DNA of 64,000 nt, from positions 1,418,981-1,482,980 of the forward strand of contig NW_003314301.1 in NCBI RefSeq assembly GCF_000143415.4, written 5' to 3'. A program made the position numbers and the translations under genes. The notes under the pieces are model-generated. The model was not told the origin of the DNA, searched no databases, and saw only the letters and a list, made by a program, of their open reading frames with translations. Positions 26,258-38,144 of the stretch are shown one piece after another (position 1 is the stretch's first letter; each line of letters begins with the position of its first letter). Source of the stretch: Selaginella moellendorffii (lineage: Eukaryota; Plantae; Lycopodiophyta).

Positions 26258-27413
26258 TAGAGTCTGTTTGTGATTGATTTGAATAAATTACAAAATTGTC
26301 GTTTTTCATATTAAATCAGATAAAGTTATCTGTTAACAAAAGAAACGGGCCGTACTCTGGCTGCTGGATGCATTTTATTATGCTAGCCAGATGTCCGGCC
26401 AACAGGCTAATGCTTTAATAGCGTCTTAACGTATCTAATCGTGTTCCAGGATGAATTTAAAGCAAAAGAAATTTTGTGACAATTCTTTTTCCCTTGCCTC
26501 TGCAAACATTCTCGGATTCTAATGCGGAGCCAGCAATCCCGAGAACGATCTCGCCGCGTTTCTCAAAAAAATGAGGACGCTCAAGCTCGTAAGCTCGTCG
26601 GAACGAATATAGCGGTGGAATCCCTTGATCATACTCAATTGTCGACAAACGTACCTACAGTCCAGGATCTAGCCGAGCTCTCTGATTTAATTGGCGCTAT
26701 ACTATGGAGCAAATAGTCCACACGAACGCGAGCCGGCCTATCAGACGAGCCCCAGCGCGATTCGATGGAACCGTAGCAGCAGGAGTCCGACGAAGTCGTC
26801 CATGAGGAAAAGAGGCACTGAGTTTTTGACTATACCGAAGAATCTAGAGAAGAGGAAAAAGAAGGAACTTAAAGTCGAAAATGATCACCAGGTTACCACG
26901 GCACTCTGAGCCGCATTGTGATTTGCTAGATTCTTGAGCCGCTGCTTTCCGATGTCCCACGAGACGATCTGCTACTCCGCTCTCCACCCGCAAGTTTGTG
27001 CTGGCTCACAAAAAGGCCCGTCAAGGCCTAGGTTCGTCAGAGTTTGTTCGTCAAGCCACTCTGGGGATTTGGATTCGTGCCGTTCTAAGTGCCAAGTGCG
27101 GGAACGAAACAACACGAACGAAGAAGTAACGGTACGACTGATGTTCTCTCATGGACGAACTAATTTTGTAGTGATTGAATCATTTTATTTTGGTGCCAAA
27201 GCACAATACTTCTCGTCATCCTCGTCCGAGGCCTCGGTCATTCTAAAGTCGCTCATGCTGACGAGATTGACCTCTTCGTACACACCTATTCTTCCCATTT
27301 TTCTTCTTTTTTCGTCCCTCGCAGCAAGAAAAGGGGGATGCACAAATCATATCCTCGACTTAACCTCGGACTTCAAAACTCGACCGCCATCACTCGAGTT
27401 CCTCTGCTCCAGA

Positions 27414-28009
27414 ATGGCCTCTTCCCTCCAGGTTCTTCTCGTCTATTCAACTGATCCAGGTTCACTCCAAGACTACTGCCTTCCTACTCAAGAGCAGCAG
27501 CACCAGTGCAAGAGCTCGCCATCACCCAGTGACTTCGTCTCCAAAGTCTTGGGAAACACCACCAATACCCAGCAGACCTGGAATGCCACTCTACTTTCCT
27601 CAGCAAACTTCCCAGCTCTTAACACCATGGACCTCACCATCGCCAGAGCCAAACTGGGAGTCGGAGGCACGGTCCCGCTGCACTACCACACCTAAGCATC
27701 TGAGCTCATCTTCATCGTGGAAGGAGTCGTGGAGGTCAGGTTTGTTAACACGAGCAACGTCCTGTACATCCAGACCCTCCAGCCGGGGGACGTGATGATC
27801 ATTCCCAAAGGCATGCTCCCTCCACTACAAATACAATCCTGGCAGCAGCAGAGCCACCTTGCTGGCCTATAGCCAGAGTTCCGTATCCTCGCCCCTGGCC
27901 CCGGTGTCTTTGGCTCTGGAATTCGAGACGAAGATATCGCGGCCTCCTTGGCGGACTGGACCACGCCTCGCTTGAAGCGATGAAAGCTCAGTTCAAGCCT
28001 CGGTCGTGA
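27414..28009 (+). pseudogene. Germin-like protein pseudogene (tandem duplicate)
   Basis: Colinear with 25625-26257 including 3' flank. Has a signal-peptide deletion, a premature TAA at 27693-27695 inside the germin box, and later indels. Confidence 0.9.
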
Positions 28010-30189
28010 TAGAGTTTGTTTGTGATTGAGTCGAATAAGCAATCCTTGACTAGTTCAGTTGTTAACCATTAGTAGATGTAGGCTGGATCAATCTTCTCCC
28101 AGCTCCAGCAGGCGCGATCTTGTGACTTGGAACACGCGAGCTGGAACTCAGGATATAGCCAACAAGGGCATCTGGGCTCGCCCTAAGAAATCCGCCCGAG
28201 CATTCTCCCACCGTGGGAATCTCTAGGAATCTAATCCTGAGTTGAGGAACAGATTAGTGCACTTGAGAGTAAAATTAGTGCGCGACTAGCAAACAAATGG
28301 TTCGGAGCTGCGCAAGCAGCTGTGCGAGGAGAAGCACGACTTGAATGTTAAGAAGGGCCGGCTGCAGAAGGAGGAGCTTCTCTGCGAGAAGCTCCTCATC
28401 TTACTGAAGCAGGGTATTGCGCTATCCACAAGTTAACGGAAAAGAGAGCGAGAGTTGTTTAAGCCATTGCTTGGCGAGTAAAAGGCAACTGCTTGTGCTC
28501 TTGGTGTGTGATCGTAGTCCAAGCTCCTCGCAGTGATCGATTAAAAAATTTGAGCTCCAACTTGGACATGGAAAACAAATGTCTTACGTTTATTTAGTGT
28601 TCTAGTGAGTTGTGCACCCAATAAACTTCCAAGCATGACAGTGGCTTGTTTTACCTTGGCCTCGAGCTTCAACTAGACATTTCTTCGTTTGGAGCTCCTG
28701 GTTTACTTCTCAAATCTTGCTTTTGAGTTCCTCAAAGGCTCGAGGAACTTTACTTTCATTAATTTTGTGACAAACAAAAGAACTCAAGAAAGAAAACTCT
28801 AAGAGGAAGGAGAAAAAATTACTATCTCCCAAGAATAAATAAGAGCACACTGAGAAATCTCAAGAACTTTACTTTGACTCACCTGGGTTCTCTGACATGC
28901 ATTTTGCATCATGATTTTCTGAAAGGCATTTCTTGAGTTAGAAATTGAGATTAAGATTTCTCCTAGTCCAAATTCCTTGACTTCGATGATTGGGCATGTA
29001 GTGGATACATAAGCTGGTGATAACATGCCAAATTGATCCCCTTTCTGTCTTATTATATCCTTGGCCAGAATAACCACTTGCTCAACATTTACTCTTCTCT
29101 TCCATGTTTATTTTATTCACTGCCTTCTGAAGATCAAGGCTGTGAGATGTAGATCAATCTCAGCATCAACATTTTTGCGATAACACATTGGCTAAGTATT
29201 TCTTTCCTTTTTATATTTGGATCTAGATTAGATTAGAGAGGATTCACAAGATCATTGTAGAGGTGATTTTGTAATTTTCCACTTTGGCGACCATGGTGGA
29301 ATAGGCAAAGTGAAGAGCACCTAAAGATTGGAAGCCTTGGCCACAACTAAAAGAAGAAGCCAAAATCAAGAATCAAGGGAAAAATTGAAAAGAGACAAAT
29401 AAAAGAAAACAAAATGTAAAAGAAGAAAACTAACAAAATTCTAGAGCAGGAAGCATGGAAATCATTCTAGAAACCAAAGGCTTGAAGTCCACAATCATCT
29501 AGTGATTGCCCACTTCTCAAAAAGTCCAAGCATCTTCCATAACCGCCTCTTGGCGAGAGGTTGAAGACAAAGAATATTCTACACATTACAATATTTGAAG
29601 AATCTTTGACAAGAAATCAAAGCAAGCAAGTGCTAACAAGCATGAAAACATAAAGAATGATCAAGCATAAATGTCCCTTCAATGATCCTAAATGTACAAG
29701 ACATGAAAATTACCTTTTGTGTGGTTTTAGGAATTATGCCAAACTATACACATAAGGTTGTCCTAAATGGCATTGTGACCATTGTTGGTCCCAACCGCGT
29801 TCAGCTGGAATCCCGACTACTGCCAAACACAGTCAAACAACTTTGTTCAATGATTTTGTTCGGCAATTATAATGGCAATCATGCTTGTGGGGGCTAGATT
29901 TCCAATGCTGCTGCGGCTATTGCCATCACCGCTACATCTCCACCGCTTTGCTATTCTCCTGTTGCTTTGGAGCGATCCATCCATCCACGAATGCCTAGCC
30001 TAGCAAACCTACATTAAATTCGACCAAGAGGGCTATAGCTTATAGGAGCTGTGTGCATACCAAGCTCTACAGGGTGACACTCTCCAGTCAGTCGGCATCC
30101 ACTTTCGATTGAGCGTGGAGCAACTCATTGAGGCCTCACAAATCACCCAATTAAAGATTTGATTCTAGTGATTCTAGCACAATTGAGCA

Positions 30190-30631
30190 ATGATGCCCGA
30201 TTGGGCATGGTCCTATGTTACCAAGCTCATTCCTTATGTTTATGGCAAAGGAGCTAGGCATTGGAAATGTAATTATTGTGGAAAAATGTATGGTGGTCTG
30301 TTGAAACGAATCAAGGCACATCTTGCTAAACTTTCTAGGCATGACATTGAAGCATGTAATGCTTCAAACATTCCTCTTCATGTTTAGAATCAAGTTTGCT
30401 GAATATTTGTGGAGCAAATCACAAATGCCCTTTTGTCTTTACCTTTTACAGCAAATCTACAGAGTAGGCATTTTGATGGGGCATCTGCTTTTGGAGCTAG
30501 TACATAAAGTGCTAATCAATCTCAACCTATAAATGCTTCTATAGGCCATGAGGGATCATCTGTTGGTTGAAAGCGAATGCAAGATGGTAACATTAGGGAA
30601 ATGCTTAATGATGCAAGAAACATGAACTTAG
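30190..30631 (+). pseudogene. hAT transposase N-terminal part (BED zinc finger)
   Basis: WAWSY...WKCNYCGK...RIKAHL. It ends ...RNMNL at the LTR insertion and continues in frame as DDAISKF on the minus strand from ~37037. Confidence 0.8.
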
Positions 30632-31192
30632 TGTAAGCGACTAAATTTTCCATTTTACTTAGTCACTTAACCACATTTGCGACCACTTGGAGGAGTCTCA
30701 TTCACAACCTCCATAAGTTTTATTCTAGACTTGGCGCTTGTTATCCCCAAAAATGGCATCCATGCCACTTAACCTTTGCACTTGGTTTAAGTGTTTCACC
30801 CAATCCTATGGTTGACACCCTAAAGTACCACTGACATAGCAGCCTATTATGCTAAGGCCATGCCCATTCATGTTGGTCACACCAGTGGTCTAACACCACC
30901 TAAAACCGTGATCATCCCAAATTCACTCCTTATCATCCTTAGGATGCTCACAAATATGGAGAACAACCTTCCCCAATATTCTTTTTACAATCCCCACCAA
31001 GTCCTTTTTCTGTCCATGGCCGTGTTCGCCAACATTGCCACTTGGACAAGGCCCACAAGCCCAACCACTAAATCCCACTATCTTTTGGGACTTCTTCAAG
31101 TGGGGAGAGTACTTATGAGGCTCGCATAAAGCCATAGTGTTCCGAAATGTTGTCCCAAAGTAGCAATCCTTTAGTGTAATGACCAAGGATAC
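30632..31192 (-). mobile_element. LTR family A copy 3, 3' part (minus strand to 31098; 31099-31192 locally flipped to plus)
   Basis: tgtaagcgactaaattttcc is the reverse complement of the LTR A end. Left flank cttag pairs with ctaag at the other half (reverse complement of 37038-37042). Confidence 0.8.
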
Positions 31193-31713
31193 AATCATGC
31201 TTGAGGTGATATTTCTTTCCGTTCTACCAAAAGTTAGTGCATATAATAAATTTGAGTATGTTTTTGAATTCAATGTATATAGACTTTTAATATTGTACAA
31301 CATAGTCCTATATACTTCATACAGAATTTATTATAACAACATTATTCGATATTAGATCCTAGAATAAAATCGCCCTATCTTTTCACATAATGGCATAGCA
31401 CATGTGAGGTGACATTTCGTTATAAAAGTTCAGAGTTCCAAAACCTAAAGGCAATAAAATGGAAGGCTTCCTTTTACATTACCAAGATCACCCACCGCTT
31501 TCTATCTCCCAGAGTCTTATTTCATAAAGTTTTCTTTGCCGACGTTTCGATCTTTCTCTCGGTTCTATTTCATTGGAAGCTGTGATTCGCAACAACATTG
31601 GTGTAGTTGAACGATCAGAGTTTCTTCTTTCGGGTGTAGGTGAAGGTGGACAACATTGGGATTTGCAACATTCCAAGTCGAAAGAGATTTGAGTTTTTGG
31701 ATCTCCAATCAAA

Positions 31714-34700
31714 GTGCGAGGTTGTGATCCTGCTAAAGTGAATGTGAAGCAAGAGTCGATCATCATCATTTCTTCCACTTCTAGTTCTAGTGGAGATGTT
31801 AGTCCAGTGCGAGCCAAGAATTTCCAAACTCCAACTTCACTGATATTCCAAGCTGTTTGCAACGCTTTCCAGTTTTCCCGCCTCTCTATCAATGTTTGTT
31901 CCTTTCTGCATAGGCCTGTTAGCGAGCTCCCATCTACATACAATGGCAATATCTTCTTTGAACTACCACCTCTTGTCAACTCAAAACGAAAGGGGATGGA
32001 GATGAAGCAGGATGTCCACAACTGGTGCAAGATCAAGACCACACATTTTCAGCATTTCGAAGGCACAGTGTCCATGGTTCATTGTGGTGGGTATTTGGAT
32101 TGTGTGAATAAAGCATGCAATCAAGAGCGCGGTAAAAACTCCATATTTTTTGAAGGATCTGCAACCAATCCTCCCCTCTGTGACACCATTGGTGTTGGAT
32201 TCAAGTGTCGGTTTTGCAAGAATGCTCCATTGTGTCATGCCATCTGCGGGGCCAAGATGTACTATTTTCTTCCACGGGATGGAGAGGTTGGTAGAGCTGC
32301 AGTACATATTGGCACGCACACACATCCAATGCAGGAAGGGATACAAAGGAGTTCAGTCAACCATTTCAAAGATGCAGTGCAAATAGAGACTGTGAGAAAC
32401 TCATCTGCAACTCCGAAGCATGTTCAGAAAACAGTGCTCAAGGATTTTATCGCAAATACTTTACTTGATCCGGACTACAAGAATACTCAACTGGATGAGG
32501 CTAGCTTGCGGGAGTTACTACGACATGTGCAACCTGCAACTAGCCTTAGGAGGTATGAAAATATTATTACATACTTTTCAATAATATCTCTTTTACATTT
32601 TGTTTTATTTAGGATAAAGTCTTGGATGTGTGAATCTCGAGAGGGGAAACTCCAATAAAAAATCGACTCAATCCTTGAACTAAAACGGACTTGTCCCTAT
32701 GAGTTTATCCATGGGAGTTTATTTCCAGATCAAGTCATTAGTGAGCAAGAGCGCCCCTTCGTTTTCAAAATGTCTACCATGGGCCCTACCTCTGGTGTGG
32801 ATCTTGTTTCCCGAATGGATATGTCTGGGTCGAATGACCTTGCTAATGCATGGGTACATTTTGACCATATGGAGCGGGTGGCAGGTTGGACAACCATGGG
32901 AGCTCATGTGTATGATCCAAGGTAGTTTTTTTTCTCATTATCTTAAAATGGTTTTAAACATTGCACTTTTCACAGGCTACGTTGTAACTTGACAATTGCA
33001 ATGGCAGAGTTTAAAGTACAAGACCAGATGGCTCAAGAAATATTTTGGAAGTCCCTCTCCGACATTGTATTGAAGCNNNNNNNNNNNNNNNNNNNNNNNN
33101 NNNNNNNNNNNNNNNNNNNNNNNNNNNNNNNNNNNNNNNNNNNNNNNNNNNNNNNNNNNNNNNNNNNNNNNNNNNNNNNNNNNNNNNNNNNNNNNNNNNN
33201 NNNNNNNNNNNNNNNNNNNNNNNNNNNNNNNNNNNNNNNNNNNNNAGATTTCCAATTAGCATTTAAGGAGTTGTGCAAACAATGGCAGGCTGCACCTTCT
33301 GAAGAAGAGCATGAGGCAAAAGTAAACGAGATCTGAATGTGGTGGCGTGAAGATGGCCATACTGACGTAAGTTGTCTACCACAACTTAAATCGTGGTTGG
33401 GGTGGTGGGAAGTTAGAATGTTCCAATGGGGATATCACTCTCTTCAGGTTGGTTTTTCTTTTTTTCCTCTCTTTTTATTGCTTTTTAATATCATCTTTTT
33501 ATAAGGATCAACCACTTGAGGATCTTGCATACACCCCAACTGTGAATCTCTCAAAGAGTAAGCATTGGAGTTGGCATTCCTTTGAGGCAGGGAAAGGGAA
33601 GATGAGTTTATATGAAGCATGTCTATCAGATTTGATACGTGCTGTAGAGCAGTCTTCAAAAGCCTTGGCATTTGAGGAAGGAAGATACATGGGAACAGGA
33701 CCTTCGGTTGAGATGTTACACGATCGGATGAAGAAGAAAGTGACTCCACCAGCACGAACAATGACAACTGCAGTGGAGGAAGTGGTCCGTGGCACATCTA
33801 TGGAGTACACTCCTCGGGCTTCTATTGGTGATATGAAGACCGTCCGCTCAAAGCGTCGATTTTCCTTTGCTGGTGAAGATGTTGGCACGGATCTTGGAGC
33901 AAAAAGCTCTCACAGGCCTGATGTTGAGTATCATTCTGCTCCAAGACATCGCCCCGGAACCAAACCACCTCAAGTGGCTGATGAAGAAAGTGCATCACAG
34001 CAGGTTGAAATTGCTTATCGTAGTGTGGAGCCGAAGCAATAGGCAATCCGTCGAGTGCCAGCAAAATCAAATGTAAGGTGTGTGGGGATGCTTCCAAGGG
34101 GCAAGTGTTGGGCTTGGATCCGTGGTGATAAGTCTACTTCTGTTCCAGCCCCATGTTTCCATGGGGAACGAAAGCAAACAGGATTTTCAAGATGGTGTTG
34201 GTTATATTGCTGCAACTCTGATGTCAACCATACAAAGCGGCTTGAAGACACTATAGTGACTAAACCTGATGCAGTACCTAAAGAATGGCCAGTTGCTAAT
34301 GGGGTTGCGCTCACCTCGAATAAGATTGAAAACCTTGAGAAATCTGGTTTCAATCTTGAGAGGAGAGTTGGAGATATGAGTGACAGAACCAAAACTATTC
34401 CTACAGAGATGCACAGAAGGCTAGCACAAAAAGGTAAGGCAGTTAAATTTATTGGTACTGTCTCCAAGCAGAAGCAAGGTAAAATAAACTTGGCTCAAAC
34501 ACTTGAGTGTAAAATTCTTTCCACGAAGTACATCACTGCGCTCGCAAAGGAGTACACAGTCAAAACAGAAGGTGGAGAGTACACAATTGCCATTTAAGAC
34601 TTTCCTTCTTGCACATGTCCAGACTTTACGAAGCGCGAGGAACATGGGAAGGCATATGCTCCTTGCAAGCATATGTACTACATCTTCATCAACATCTTGC

Positions 34701-34783
34701 ACCAGAATCTTAAAGTGGATATTCATATACACCAAGCAAGCCTTACTATTGCCGAGTTGCAGAAAACTTTTGGAGCTAATTAG
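31714..34783 (+). pseudogene. Mutator-like (MULE) DDE transposase with N-terminal GCM/WRKY-like Cys/His domain and C-terminal SWIM finger; spliced, several nonsense codons
   Basis: C..C...AAVHIGTHTHP; HFDHMERVAGWTTMGAHVYDP (first catalytic D region); TVNLS(K/E)SKH; SWIM CTCPDF...CKH. Short introns near 32553-32612 and 32922-32976. The second D falls in the N gap. The true start may lie further upstream (~31459). Confidence 0.75.
33077..33245. other. Assembly gap (N run)
   Basis: Run of N. Confidence 1.
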
Positions 34784-35427
34784 ATTTTCCAGCACTATTG
34801 ATGTTTATTCTCTATCAATAATATAAACTAATTATACCTTATATAATTAATAAAAATATTTTATTATTTCACTTTTCATTTCATATACTTGTGAGGTTCT
34901 TTTCGCAATACTACCCATAGTATTTGTGAGTCTCCATTTTTGTCTTTACCTTCTCAAAAAATATTTCGTGATAGTCTTTCGGATGTATGATGTTACAATG
35001 TATTGTGAGAGCATATGTACCATCACAGTTGTTTTTTTTTCCTTTCAAATGGTTATATGGCCTTATATAGAATCTTAATTCAAATTTAATAATTTAAAAA
35101 TTCTGATGAACTTGACATTTACTAGCTAGAAAGCACAGAGTACAAATTTAAAGAAGTGACAAGAATACTCTTTTTGCAAACATTTTATTTTATATTCTAA
35201 CAAATGTCTCTATTATTGCATGTAGTAAATATTTAAATTATTAGAACAAGAAGTGTCCTTTAGAACATTTTTATCTATATAATATATAGAGAGTTATGAA
35301 ATTATTAAGTTCGCCATAACTTTAAAATTTTAAAGTTTATAATGTTTGTACTAAATTACAATTGAAAATTGAGCTCAACTCGTGAGCTCAACTCTTCAGC
35401 TCGTGAGCTCAAGTATGGTCCACGCTC

Positions 35428-35569
35428 TAGAGGGAAAGGGCCCATGAACAAGAGTGCACCCCCTTTTCCAATCGGTTAAGGTCTTGGGATAGTTGGGGTT
35501 AAGTGTCCTTGGGTTTGAATAGTACTGGGTTGGGTGACCTCCCGGGAAGTCCAAATTCAGGAGCTTACA
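35428..35569 (+). mobile_element. Cassandra copy 3, displaced half of one LTR (contains the 5S domain)
   Basis: Exactly complementary to the LTR half starting at 45300. Outer flank (reverse complement ccaat) pairs with ctaat at 45760-45764. Confidence 0.9.
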
Positions 35570-37042
35570 ATTGGTATTACTATGTACATAAATTAACTTC
35601 TTCAAGTTCTCCAAAAACAAGGGATTATGTCATTTGGTTTGGATCAAGTTCTAACTACTTCAATTTTGTTCACATGGAGAAGAATACACTCCTTGGCTCA
35701 ACATATGAAATGCTAACTTTCTGAACTTAAGCATCTTATCCATAGGATTCCCACCAAGACATTGGGAATTTCTTTTTTGCTTTGCTCTTTAGCAAATTTC
35801 AATTGATAACTCTTCCAATTTCTCATTGAAACATATCGAATTGCTCATCCAACTTCTCTTTCAATTGAGTGTCCCCACAACAATAAATTAATAAGTAATT
35901 CATCCAATCGCTTCTTACTTTAGCATCTAAGTCTTGCTCAAGGTATGAAGGATTCAAAGCATGTGCAATGCTATGCATAGAGCTATGCATCATAAACCAT
36001 CGAGCTTTCCGTCTATGTTAGTTTTTAACCAAGACACATTTAATTGCATCAATTTTATCCCCATCAAGCTTGCCATCTTGAGCTGTAAGCTTCAATCCTT
36101 CAATCATACGATACATTGCTTCATAAATTAATCCTGCTATTGCGCCCTCACGATCGGCAAGACGTAACACCTTCAAAATAGAAGCTACCATAACCAATAA
36201 AGTAGAAACATTCTTCCAAAATTCATTATTGAAAATTGTTGTATGAACATCTTTGGCATCTTTTGTATTATACTATTGCGACGATTCAAATTCTACACTC
36301 ACTATGAATTGTTGAAGGCATGGCAAAACATCTTCATGTTGGAGCTAGCTGACCGTAAGAAAGATGTAAGTGAATCAAATCTTTGCAAGCTTCATAAGTT
36401 CTTTAGAGCAAAACTTTCGAAATAAAGCAAGTAATATCAGCTTCTCAATTATGAACTTCACAATCTTCTCACAATCATTTACGATTTTAGACACCCAATC
36501 AAACCTCTTAATATCCTCTAATAACAAGTTCAAAACATGGCACACACATCAATTGTATAAGATAAAGGGGAATTCTTCTCATATGTTACCCCATTGATAC
36601 ACAAGTTGAAGCATTATCAGTAATGACTTAAACAACATTTTCAACACCAACATCCAAAATAATGGGTTTAAATTGCTCCCAAAGCCAAAAATTAGTCTTC
36701 TCTTCTCCTTTGGTGTCAACACCCTGCCAAAATATTAAGCCATGGATAGAGGTAACCATGAAATTTATAAATTATCTGCTCTTTATATCAAATCATTCAT
36801 CAGTCACTATTGGACATCCAAAGTGAGCCCATCCATCACAAAAAGGAGCTAACTTCTCCTTGATTAAAGTATAGTGATGAGTGAGTTGAGTAATATGAAG
36901 CTTCTTGTAACCAAGAATCCTCGATGCAACACTAAGTCCAGCACTACAAGTACCTACAATCATCACATGAAAATATGGGCTTTTCACAACATTAAATGAT
37001 ATGGCATTCAAGAAAATGAACTTTGATATTGCATCATCTTAG
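35570..37042 (-). pseudogene. hAT transposase central part (DUF659-type core to dimerisation domain), inverted
   Basis: NAISFNVVKSPYF...GCPIVTD and ...LENLKKLIYVHSNT. Joins in frame to NVVDRVENEG... at 45760 and beyond. Confidence 0.8.
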
Positions 37043-37600
37043 TGTGAGATACAAATCCCAAAGCCCCAAAAGTGGAGCTGAAAGGGTGCCACGTGGTAGT
37101 GGCTGAAGCAGAAGCCAAACAGGAGTAACATATTTGGACTAAAAGCTCCGACCTAGACAGTCGAGAGTGAAAACACAACTCCCAATAAGGTGCTCAAGAA
37201 GGAGCACGAAGTAAATAGTAAGTGAGTCTCTAGAAAAGGGACACAAAAGGACTAAGACATGACACATGGAGGAGTCCAAGATAGAGTTCGAGATGGAACC
37301 AAGACTGAGACTGAGTTCGAGTCCGAAACCAAGACCGAGTTCGAGATTGAGTCCGAGTCCGAGTCTGCGTCTAAGTCCAAATACTAGTACAAGTTGTTAG
37401 GTGAAAGCCCAAAACGATCCCCCACGGGGGGGGGGGGTTGTGTAGCTTGGTGAAGTGTTCAAAAGCTGACTTTAGTTCCCTTGGGAAATTGAATGGTTGA
37501 TGCTCCTAGTCCAAGTGTGGATGGCATTACTTACTTGGATATATGGCATGGCTCAACAGAACCTTGCTCTAAGCCCATGGTTAAAGCACCCAAAGGTAGA
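37043..37600 (+). mobile_element. LTR family A copy 3, 5' part
   Basis: Starts tgtgagatacaaatccc like 1547 and stops at caaaggtaga. The next LTR bases (agtggggagagtac...) are found at 31099. Confidence 0.85.
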
Positions 37601-38144
37601 GTGCCATAATATGAAAGATAGGAATGATTTTATTTTAGGATCTACCATCAAACAATTGTTGCCAAATAAATTAAATATTGTACATATTTTCAGTACTTCA
37701 TTAAAGCTAGAAATCATCACATTCTTCTGAACTCATTTAAATATATTCCATCTTTGTACTACCATCTATCACCTATAGTAAATTATCTATATACATTGCT
37801 TTGGAAATAACACTTTACGATTTAATAATCTTATATTTTCTAACAATTTCGTACTGTGATCAATTCAACACATGCGTCTGTGACATTATTTCACATTATG
37901 ACATAGTCATATTAGAGCACACCTCCATTATTAAATTACAATTCAAAAGGACTTTGTCATGTGATCAAATCTAGGGCGGAATAGAAATTGTACAGTGCTA
38001 GATTTATTATGTATTGTACAGTGAAGATTTACTGCATCCATGATGGACGGCTGTGATGAAAGTTAGGTTAGGGTTAGGGCAGCCGCCGGCATTAGGGTTT
38101 TACAGAAAGTATCGCGGGAGATTGGGAGTGACTGCGGGAACAGA

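Noticed and set aside
26400-29200. Possible host-gene fragments (coiled-coil-like ELRKQLCEEKHDL near 28300; short ORFs at 26500-27400 and 28800-29080)
   Set aside because: No recognisable family or coherent exon structure can be supported by eye.
16081-35574. Two Cassandra target sites are ATTGG/CCAAT, suggesting target preference
   Set aside because: The third site is GGGAG, and three insertions are too few to support a preference.
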